36,069 nt of DNA from Basidiobolus ranarum. Its lineage: Eukaryota. Below the pieces are notes generated by a model, which was not told where the DNA came from, did not search any database, and saw only the letters and a program-made list of their open reading frames with translations. Positions 11,131-20,989 of the stretch are shown piece by piece; within the stretch, counting starts at the first letter, position 1; each line of letters begins with the position of its first letter. The stretch is from NCBI GenBank assembly GCA_040143965.1, contig JASJQH010000059.1:1-36069 (forward strand), given 5' to 3'. The position numbers and the translations under genes are program-made.

Positions 11131-11520
11131 ATGGAGTTCGTACAATTTCGTGTGGCCAGACCAACCGATAAGCTCGACAAAGTCATTGAGTTCTATCAAG
11201 AGGGCTTAGGATTGAAGAAGATTGGTTCTTTTGAGAAGCATGCTGGCTATGATGGTGTGATGTTTGGTTTACCAGACGCAAAGTATCACTTGGAGTTCAC
11301 TACCTTTGAGGCGGGAAGCCCCTGCCCTGCTCCAACCAAGGATAACTTGCTGGTCTTCTATATCCCCGACATAGAAAACATCCGAAAGATTGTCAGTCAA
11401 TTGAATAATCTTGGCTACTATGAAGTGGAGCCTGAAAATCCATACTGGAAAGATGGTGGGATCTCCTTTGAAGATCCCGATGGTTGGGGTATTATACTAA
11501 TGAACCGTATTGAAGTATAA
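11131..11520 (+). CDS. VOC/glyoxalase-superfamily protein, bacterial YycE-like
   Basis: QFRVARPTD...FY..GLGL..IG.F..H.GYDGVMFGLP...YHLEFT...SPCPAPTKDNLLVFY...GY.EVEPENPYW...G..FEDPDGW.I.LMN. ATG 11131 is preferred over TTG 11080. TATAA at about 11065 and AATAAA at about 11556. Confidence 0.9.
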   Translation: MEFVQFRVARPTDKLDKVIEFYQEGLGLKKIGSFEKHAGYDGVMFGLPDAKYHLEFTTFEAGSPCPAPTKDNLLVFYIPDIENIRKIVSQLNNLGYYEVEPENPYWKDGGISFEDPDGWGIILMNRIEV

Positions 11521-12037
11521 ACTCCCCCCCATATCTACCTCTATTCAATATCAACAATAAACCGCAGATGCAAACATTTTGTGAACGCTTTACACTTTGT
11601 TAATCAATATCAATTGCCAATTATTTTGTGACTATTTTTGTTGGAGCGTTGCAACCCTGAGATTTGCAACTCTGGGCTTGGGAAGCTGAAATTGGGGTAA
11701 TGTCCAATCCATGTATATATATATATATTTGATTTATTTAATTGCATGTCGATAATATCGCCAACACTCGAATAGGGTATAGGCTGAGTTTCTGCTTCTT
11801 GGATAGCTGAAATTAATTTACTTGTAGTTTAGAAATGTCTCCAATAGAACCCGTTCAAATGGCTTTATCCCTCAAGTAAATGTCTGATACTCAGTTGAGC
11901 TCTTCCAAGCGATATTCTTCATTTTACTCACCTGCTTTTCCCAAGTGAATTTTGAATTACTTCGATAGTTCTCTTCTCTATTTCGTACAACGCCTAGTGT
12001 CTAATTCTTCACTATTGGTACTTTTACCGATCGTTGA

Positions 12038-13849
12038 ATGAACGCTTTTTGTTCTCATCTCTTGACTTTTATAGGTGGCGGAGTATTACTTTCACCCATT
12101 TTATTCTTGGTCCTAGTGGGTTTTCTATCTAATTGGTGGGTAAAGCTTCCAAACTTATCAAACAATGAACCTAAAGTTGAAGTGGTCGCTTCGGGGATGG
12201 AAGAAACCGAAAATTCTCTTCCACATGATTTAGATAACAGTCAAGTAGGGTGGTTACGTATGACAGAGGAATTTGAAGTTGAAGGTGATGGAAATAACAT
12301 GGTTAGACTTATGCAAGAGGTCAATCAATACGTAGACCAAACCTCCAAACGTTCCAAAAGTTTAGTCTATGCCATTTTGAAGCGAGAAACTTTATGGCTG
12401 TATAGTGATGAGAATCTACAAGCATGTCAAGGTGTACTTACCGTATCTCAGTTCGAGGTAACGATTTTCCCCAGGCATTTGCCTGATAACGAGATATACC
12501 ACAAAGAATTGCCCATTCACATGAAGAAAAAATGGGAGAATAATGCCACGGAATATTTCTTTTTCGTCAACACATCTTCAGAGAAGGAAGATTGGTTTAT
12601 AGCTTTACTGCAGGCTTCAAGAATGAAAAGACTAGGTATTCGTGGTGATCTGGAAAGGAGTAATACCTTGAATTTCGACGAAGCGGCTATCAGTCAGTTG
12701 ATTTGTATATTACATTCCAACAAGCATCACGAAGAGACACTATGGTTGAATGGTTTTATTGGAAGAGTATTTCTAAGTATATACAAAACCCCTCGAATTA
12801 AGCAGCTCATCCTCGACAAAATCCTCAAAAAAGTCAACAAGCTTCGAATGGTAACCTTCTTGGGAAATATCCAAGTTCTCAATGTAGATGTTGGTAACGG
12901 GGCTCCAACCATCAGCCATCCTAAACTTGTTGAACTGAATAAGACCGGAGAGTTGAAAATGGAATTCTTTATGAACTACCGCGGGGAGTTCAGCGTTGAG
13001 ATTCAATCACAGGCTAGCATAGAGATACCCATATTCAAGCCACTAATATTTAATCTGGGCCTAGGCATAACACTGAAGGAACTCTCTGGACGAATGATAT
13101 TGCATATAAAACCTCCACCGACCAATCGATTCTGGCTGGGCTTTTGTGAAGCACCATCGATGTCATTTAAGTTTGCACCATCTGCCTGCCATAAACAGTT
13201 GAATTTCCCTCATCTCACTTGGATAATTGAAAAAGCAGTCGTGAGCGCGATTAAGCGAGCTTTGGTATTTCCTAACATGGATGATTTCCCCTTCTTCGAC
13301 TCGAATGGTTCCGGAGGTGTGTTTGCTAAGGATGAGCAAGACTCTCCCTCCACTGTGTATGGCAATTATCCAGCCTCTAATCGACACCGTAGCTCTTCAG
13401 TCGGTCAAGATACTCTCAATACCAGAAGCCATTTAAGTACAAATGCCCCCTGTTTTAGCAAAGGCCTGGATGACAAACCACCCAAGATATGTATCAATGG
13501 AGATACGTTCCTAAGTAAACATCAACCACCAAAAAGTCTATTCCATACCCGTTTACGCTGTAGCTCTTTAAACGATCTTTCTTTGGGAAGCAACTCATCC
13601 GATGCAGAGATTCAGACGTCTCCAAATGCAGGGGAGTTGCTTACGACACGAAACGAGAATTTCTACAGTGTCATAACGCCAACGCGAAATTTGAGTTCCC
13701 CAGAAATCGGCCCAAAGCAATCTAGAAAAAGGGCGAATTCAAGGGCGAATTCCAATCGGAAAAATCTATTTGGAAGTCTATTTGGACCCAATTCCAAATC
13801 TGATCACAATGGCAAAATTGACACTTGCATTGGTTCTTTGATTCACTAA
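12038..13849 (+). CDS. Nvj2/TEX2-like membrane-contact-site protein (N-terminal TM, PH, SMP domain, disordered tail)
   Basis: N-terminal hydrophobic helix; PH motifs YAILK..TLWLY and KEDWFIAL; SMP motifs WLNGFIGRVFL, KPPPTNRFWLGF, LVFPNMDDFPFF; no introns. Confidence 0.85.
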   Translation: MNAFCSHLLTFIGGGVLLSPILFLVLVGFLSNWWVKLPNLSNNEPKVEVVASGMEETENSLPHDLDNSQVGWLRMTEEFEVEGDGNNMVRLMQEVNQYVDQTSKRSKSLVYAILKRETLWLYSDENLQACQGVLTVSQFEVTIFPRHLPDNEIYHKELPIHMKKKWENNATEYFFFVNTSSEKEDWFIALLQASRMKRLGIRGDLERSNTLNFDEAAISQLICILHSNKHHEETLWLNGFIGRVFLSIYKTPRIKQLILDKILKKVNKLRMVTFLGNIQVLNVDVGNGAPTISHPKLVELNKTGELKMEFFMNYRGEFSVEIQSQASIEIPIFKPLIFNLGLGITLKELSGRMILHIKPPPTNRFWLGFCEAPSMSFKFAPSACHKQLNFPHLTWIIEKAVVSAIKRALVFPNMDDFPFFDSNGSGGVFAKDEQDSPSTVYGNYPASNRHRSSSVGQDTLNTRSHLSTNAPCFSKGLDDKPPKICINGDTFLSKHQPPKSLFHTRLRCSSLNDLSLGSNSSDAEIQTSPNAGELLTTRNENFYSVITPTRNLSSPEIGPKQSRKRANSRANSNRKNLFGSLFGPNSKSDHNGKIDTCIGSLIH

Positions 13850-13906
13850 CATCTACCTGCAATGCACTTTCGTGATATAAATATGTATTTTTAGATATAT
13901 AAGTCC

Positions 13907-13958
13907 AACCCTAACCCTATTTCTTAGGATCAATTATGTCACCAACCCTAACCCTAAC
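13907..13958 (+). repeat. Two telomere-type tracts (AACCCTAACCCTA 13907-13919; AACCCTAACCCTAAC 13944-13958)
   Basis: Seen directly, just downstream of the Nvj2-like stop. Confidence 0.9.
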
Positions 13959-15305
13959 ATTAATATGTTATCCTGGTTTAATGTATGCAATCATTGTGTC
14001 TTCCATATATGTACTCAGTCATCTTTATTAGGCTTTTTCAAGATTTGTTCCTGTGTCCGAATCAACCAAGACTACTTTAATATACAACCCTTGCTACTTG
14101 CTTTTTCGCTGTACCATCTACCTTCTTTTGGAATTGCTACTCTAGTTAATATTGAACCTTGTATCACGAAACTGGATTATTTGTTCAATTTTCTTCAGCA
14201 TCCACCAGCTAGCATCTCTTCTCAATATGCCTCCTGCCGTAACAGTTGAGCGTTTTTTTACTTCCTTACCGAGCTCTAAAGCTACAGTCTCTAATCTCCA
14301 TGGTCAGTTAGCTTAATATACTGACGGGTCTTTAACTACCCATACCCAAATGTTAACCTTTGTTTCGAACAGGAAATTGCTTCGAACCAATGCGAGAGAC
14401 AGAATTACTCAAAATACTTACTGCTTTATCTGAGGCCACGACACCCAATGCCAGAAAAAGTAAAGCTTCAATACTGAAGTTTACATATCCTATGAAACTG
14501 CTATTAACAGTTTTTCGTAATTCCGTATTGCATAGATATCCTTTTCTCCAAATCTTCAGTATGCTGGATCACTTGCAAACAATTAGGTAAGTATCTGAAA
14601 AATAGAATATGACCATGAGACGCGTAAACACAAATGACGTTCCAAATGGTTCTCACATGGGAATTCAATTGTTTACTCAAGTAACAACTCTATGAAATGT
14701 TAGGCCGAATCTTCTACTATTTGCCATTTCCTGCCGAACGTAGATTTGCCACCACATTATTTGCACCCAAGATAATTGATCGCTATCACCGACAACAGGA
14801 TCTTTTCTCAAGTTTAAAATGTGACACACCAACAGAGAAGTCTATCCTACATGATATTATCTTACAAAGGCGGTAGCTTGATTCATCCCGAAGTCAGTTT
14901 TAAAAGTTTTGGACCTACAAGGTTTCTTTAGGCATTGTAGTTAGGATGAGTTCAAACCCTCTACCATTATAGGTGGTGAATTTGACCTGCTAGCTAGTCC
15001 ACAGAAACCGCCATATCGAAATATTTCTCTTGTTGGTTACTACTGTGATGTTTTTCATCTATTATAGCCATACAAATCCCAAATCCCAAATCACAAATTC
15101 CATACCCCTTCAAACCGTTGTACATTTGCTTAATAAATGGGTTAGCTTAAAAGTGATTGACCTGGGCCGTTAATATATGAATGGTATTGATATTAGGGTA
15201 GAATAGTTAAATGTGCTTTCTATTGATGAGATGCTTTTTACAAGAAAAACTAACTACCGACATTCCTGTGTGCTTGTAACAGTTCTTCTAGGTGACAGCT
15301 TCCAT

Positions 15306-16234
15306 TCACTCTCTGAACTCAGCCAACTTGGCTCCAGTGGAGTCTAATCGGTCCAGAGCCATCTGAGTTTCATTGACAGCTGCTTTACGAGCATCTCTAA
15401 CACGACCGAATTCTGATGAACTAACGACGCCATCTAAAGCAAATAGAGCTTGCATTAATTGCTCGTTAAGATAGTTTCTTAAATTCGATAATTTTCCACG
15501 TTGCTTGATGTCGTTTGATCCATGATTACTGATATATTTGATTACTTCCGACTCGAATTCATCCAATTTAGGGATTATCTCACGACGGGTTTTTTCTAAT
15601 AATCCTTGAATTTGCTTAATTAACTGAGATTCTTCAACTGAGCTGGAGCAAGCTACAACATCCTAAACAGTATGAATACTATTAGTAAGTTCGAAAAGAT
15701 TCTCTGTAAGGTAAAAAATAACTTACCTCGGCTTTGCTACCAATGATCATCACTTTAGAGCCTGGTCTCAATCCGTAGCTTGCTAAAGTTGCTCCATCAT
15801 CTTTCATTACCGCTTAGAAGAGAAACGTCTCAGTTAGTATACTTTGAAGGAGAAAGGTAGTCGGGGTGTTTTAAAAGATGTTAATGAGGATGTATAAGCC
15901 AAGCTAGCTCATAGATCATACAAAATCGAGATAACTAGAGAAAGCGTTCCGGTTCAACAAATGTAAGAATTCAACCAACGATGGTCTTATTTTGGAAATG
16001 AAACCAACTACTTCGTGAAAGTTGTTGGAAATAAGAAGGGTCATGTCGAACAGAAGAAAAATTAATAAATTACTATTTACCTCCAGCTACTAATAGTTTC
16101 AAAGATTCGACAGGTATACCAGTAAGTTCTGCGCATTGCTGCTTCAGCTGACCGAGAGTGGTGGTAGTTAGAGTATGTTCATTGTACTCTAATTTAAAGA
16201 TTTCACGCTTCCATTTGACCTGAATGTAATTCAT
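15306..16234 (-). CDS. BAG1-like Hsp70 co-chaperone (ubiquitin-like plus BAG domain), 3 exons
   Basis: Exons about 16234-16081, 15812-15727, 15662-15306 with GT-AG introns. UBL: LKQQC.ELTGIP..SLKLL..GAVMKDD..L..YGL. BAG: EQLMQ.LF.LDGV...R.ARK.AV...Q..LD.LD. Confidence 0.88.
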
Positions 16235-16743
16235 ATCGAACTTATAGGACGAATTAATAGTGCTTGCTGAACAGCGACGTTTCGAAAATAAATGAACTCT
16301 CATGTGGATTACGTATCATTATAGCACAGTGATGAAATTGTCAAATATGCGATGGTAGCGGAGTTCACTTAGTTTTGATTAATGTTAACGTAAATATCCA
16401 ATCTGTCTGATGATAGTAGCTTAGTGACATCACATGATTTGGCAAGCTTCATTTTACTTTGTTTACAAATTCATAGCTTAGCAGATTTTCATTGTTTACC
16501 TTTAGAAATCAATTCATCTATTTCTTGGATTGGAGAACAATTTTTTCGTTCACTTGCTATTGTTTGTTACCACTTGTCTGGACGAGCCACTTTATTCGAA
16601 GTTCAACTTCATAGCACGATCTTCACACTAACTTTGACTTTTATCCGAAACCCATCTTTGTAGTCTAATTTTTGACTTGAGTTTGACAAATATAAACTAT
16701 TTCCTATACCATACTGTTAACTATCATCACAACTTAAAGAATC

Positions 16744-19073
16744 ATGTCTAGCCCTGTGGATCAACTAGGTAAAGCATCAAATGTAAACATAGATACCTAC
16801 AACGGCTCTTGTACACAAGACTCTTCCCCATTGACACTCATATATAACGATATTTTATCCAAATTAGAGGAGAATTTCGTAGCGCACTCATCTGGTGTGA
16901 ACTGTTTAAAGTTTGGTACAAAATCAGGTCGAGTTTTTGTATCAGGAGGAAACGACAGTTTGGTAAAAGTATGGATTGTTGGAAAATCCGAGTCAGAAAT
17001 GGTAAGAAACGGTTCATATTCATCCCTACATTATAAGTAGTCTTACTGACAATTCCCTTTTTAAAGTCTCTTTCTGGATTACGAGCCCCTGTTAAAACAG
17101 TAGCTTTAGACTCGTACGAACTTATCGCCGGCGGTGGAACTATTGATGGTGAAATAAAACTGTGGGATTTGGTCCGAGCCAAAGGTATGACTCTTGTTTG
17201 AAGTCTTACACCCTCCCATTGACGAGAGACTTATTGAACACTTCTATACAGCAATTAGAACGTTCAATGCAAGCAAGACTGCCGTACAGAGTTTAGAATT
17301 CCATCCTTTCGGTGGTTTTCTTGCGTCTGCTTCTAAAAGCACTTTGAAGGTTTGGGATATTCGCGAGAGAAAATGCATTCAGACCTATAAAGATTCCACC
17401 AGCGCACTTAAAATGAGTCCTGATGGTCGATGGATTATAACAGGTGGTGTTGATTCCACCGTTAAGGTATGAGCATGAAGTTTAAAATGGATTCATTGAG
17501 TCGCGTCACTAAATTCCACATAGATTTGGGATTTAACTGCTGGTAAGATCTTGAAAACATTCGAAGGGCACACTTCGCCTGTGACATCTATTGCCATTCA
17601 CCCTCACGAATGCCTTTTGGCTACAAGCGAGCAATCAGGCTGTGTTAAGTTCTGGGACATTGACAGCTATGAGATGGTTGGTAGTCTTGACCAAGCCAGC
17701 ACACATCGTCATCCCAGTAAAGCCGTCAACTCTATTCAATTCGGACCTGATGGAACTTCACTAGTTGGCGCAGGTCAGAACGTTATGAAGGTAATTCTTT
17801 TTTATCGTTCACACCGTGAAATCCACACTCCTCACACTGTTGCTTCTAGATGTATGGATGGGAGCCTGCTCAATGCTATTCCCAGATCACTCCCCCATGG
17901 ACCAATTTGGCAGACTTCAGCATCACCAAAGCAAATCAACTTATCGGAGCAAACATAGAGAATGACACTATAAACACCTGGGCTCTGGATATGATGGTAC
18001 AACTCATTAATTACGCTAATATTGACCTATCGATTTACCCAATCTATTGCGCTTTGTTAACCAGGACTTGATGAAATATCCTCAAGACCAAAACGAATTA
18101 GATGAAAATGACTCTATCGACGCAACAGAACAACAAACAGCAGTCCATGGAATCAGTAAGTGACCTACCGATGTTTCGAGAGAACCTTTCTTTACGTACT
18201 AATTCCACACAATCGCTATAGCCAAGAAGATGGAAAATATCGCAGTGAACAGCCCCGCTTTGAGTTCAGCTTCCAGCCCCCGTGATACCTTAGAGAGAAC
18301 TAGATTGAAGAGCCCCGAAGCAGCTTCACCTAGCTTCTCTTTCACTCTTACACCTGCCCATAAGCCTGTTGGTTCAGTCATCGATGCTTTCTTCGAACGA
18401 AAGACAGATCCTAACTTCAATGCCAGCTCCCAATCGTGGGAGGACGAAGAAGATTTCGTTGCTCACCTTTCGAATGGACACCTCTCTATGGTTGACCACA
18501 TGACAAATCGTTTGAACACTGTCCATACCTTGAGAGCCACCTGGGATGAAGCAGGAATCGCTAGAGCACTAAAGATGCTACCAACCATCAAAGATACCGC
18601 AGTGTATGTGGACATTCTCAAGGTCCTAACTGCCAATCCCAAACTACTGAATATTGAAACCTCGATTACCGTTCTTCCCTTTGTGATGGAATTACTGTTT
18701 GAGCCTTACGAATGGTGGGTTATCTTTGTTCAATCTCCTTCAAACACATCCACTAACCGCAATCTTAATCTCAGTTACATTATCACTGCTAGCACAGTCA
18801 TTAAACAGATCATCAGGAACCATCAGATTGCGATCAAAAATACCGTGGACAACAATAGACCCCCTTTGACTCAACACAAGTGGGTAGAATTGATGATGCA
18901 TGCATTTGCGAGTTTCCACTAACAATAAGTCAATGTATAGGAAAAAGGTCAGGGAGTGCTTTCAAGGGCTTCAAGATGTTAAAGTTCTGCTGATGGATCT
19001 GAAGAATACTCCGGGCAAAGTAGGAGCAGCGGTGCGTGACGCTCTCAATGAGTTCACAACACTCCCCCATTAA
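16744..19073 (+). CDS. KATNB1: Katanin p80 regulatory subunit (WD40 repeats plus C-terminal con80 domain), multi-exon
   Basis: FVAHSS.VNCL...SGRV.VSGG.D..V; LEFHPFG.FLAS; LKVWDIR...CIQTYK; SPDGRW; HPHE.LLAT; C-terminal H..M...R...V...R..W...D..V.VDIL...VLP...LL...YE. Confidence 0.88.
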
Positions 19074-19523
19074 GGATTTGCGTCGATCCATCTTCCACAA
19101 ACCATTTTGCTGTATTCTAGTTTTCGTAAGAAATCGTCTGGTGCAAGTACTAGCGGTTCCCAGTTTATCTTCAATTTTGAAATGGAGTTAGCTTACATGA
19201 TCATACGTCTACATATCAATATCACCCACTCTATCTCTCTAGAACTCCTTCACCCTTTATTCTATTGATATTTGAAATTTTTGTCTGTTTTGTGAGCTGT
19301 ATATACTACAAATTGTCAATAAATGTGCCTTCATTTTCCTACACTCACCGGATCCCATCCAAATCCATATACCATGAATAGAGAAATAGCTAGTAGAAGA
19401 GAATCAAAAAAAAAATTCTTTTGAAAAATAAACAAAAAATTGATGATTTTTATTTTCTCTCAGTTGTACGGTCATAGTGGTCTTTTATCTCTCCTTTCTT
19501 AGTTATTCAAACCACACTTGAAC

Positions 19524-20377
19524 ATGACTAATACAATCACTCTCGGAGATGCCATGAATCAACTTGAAGCATCTCTCTCAAAGATCCAAGCTCATTTGGA
19601 ACCCCTTTTGAGCTCTCCTTTGAACGAGACCATCGGTAAATTACCCGTAATGGATCGTTGTAAGCTAGAGGTTATGGTAGCATATGCCATAAATACTTTG
19701 TTCTGGAGTAAGGGTTTATTCAAACGTTTCCTATCGAGAGAAACAACACTATTTTAAGATATTTCGAATACTAACTCACTATTAGTTTACCTCAAGACAC
19801 AAGGAGTACCACCCAGTGATCACCCAGTTATGAAAGAATTGGTAAAATATTATACGGATATTGGAGTTATCAGTCAAAGTAGAGCGTTAAATGGGATTCT
19901 TAACTTTATAGGAACGTATCAGAGGATATATTCAAAAGATCAAGGAGACCGAGGGAACACATAAACGTACTTGAAGACTTTCTTTGCAATTATTTCTGCG
20001 AGTCTAGTAAAGACTTGAATATCACTTTTGGATATTTTACTGATCTTTCTTATATTTAGCTACTATGTCCGTCGATAAAGAAGCTGCCGCTCGTTTTATT
20101 AAAAACGCCCTTGCTGACTCTGAAACTACTGAAGGTAAAGGGAGAAAGTATTCTTCTTGTTTCTTGGTAATTTTCTAACTTTTAAATAGTAGCCAAGAAG
20201 GTGGTTGAAGAGGAGGAAGATAATATGGAGGTGGATGAAGAGAAGGTAGAAGCACCCGTTGAAGTTACCGAAGGTGAAACTTACAAGAAGAGAAAGCCTG
20301 AAGCCACAAAGAAGGACACTAACACCCCTGCCAAGAAGAAGAACGCCAAGGCCAAGGGAAAAAAGGGAAAGAACTAG
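19524..20377 (+). CDS. C1D/Rrp47 (Lrp1) nuclear exosome cofactor, 5 exons
   Basis: Spliced product: DRCKLEVMVAYAINTLFWIYLKTQGVPPSDHPVMKELERIRGYIQKIK...VDKEAAARFIKNAL, with a Lys-rich tail ending at TAG 20377. Confidence 0.9.
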
Positions 20378-20989
20378 AGGATTAGAAAAACAATAGATTC
20401 CGTATGCTCGTATCTCTTTTACTTTAGTTTGTTTCTTTTACTGTTACTCAAGTCTGTAAATAAAATTAAAGCTATATCTTCAACTGTCATAGTTGCTATC
20501 TTTATTATGGGAATTTTCATAACAAACTCCCTCTTGATTAAATTTACCTCGCCCTTGTGGGGGATATCACCCTGGGTGGAACGTGACCCTTAGTTGCCAT
20601 TAATTTGTGTTACCCAACCCAGTCGACTAACATCGCTTAGTTACCATAACTAATTTCGTTTCCAAAAATGGGGATTTTGAATTTCTCTTTAGATTGATTT
20701 CACTAGTGGCCAGAAGTGAACCTCGGGAAGAATTCTACAAAGTATAATGTGGAGTTTAATAAGATTGACTCAACATAGGGTAGTGTGTTACGTGGTCTTT
20801 CCTGGTTGGGAAAAGTTGGATAATATTTCGGAATATCTAGTTTAAATGAATGATTCGGATGATTGATTGTTGTTCATTATCATCCATAGTAAATACTCAT
20901 TGGATTGAAGATTTTCTAAAACTTTAAACGCATATAGTTCTGTGTCGCGCTTTCTTCCCTCCTTCACTCGTGTAAGTTAATACTAAAGT

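Noticed and set aside
20540-20615. U1 snRNA-like elements (tttacct ... aatttgtg)
   Set aside because: No ACTTACCTG 5' end, no loop I/II motifs, and the spacing is too short
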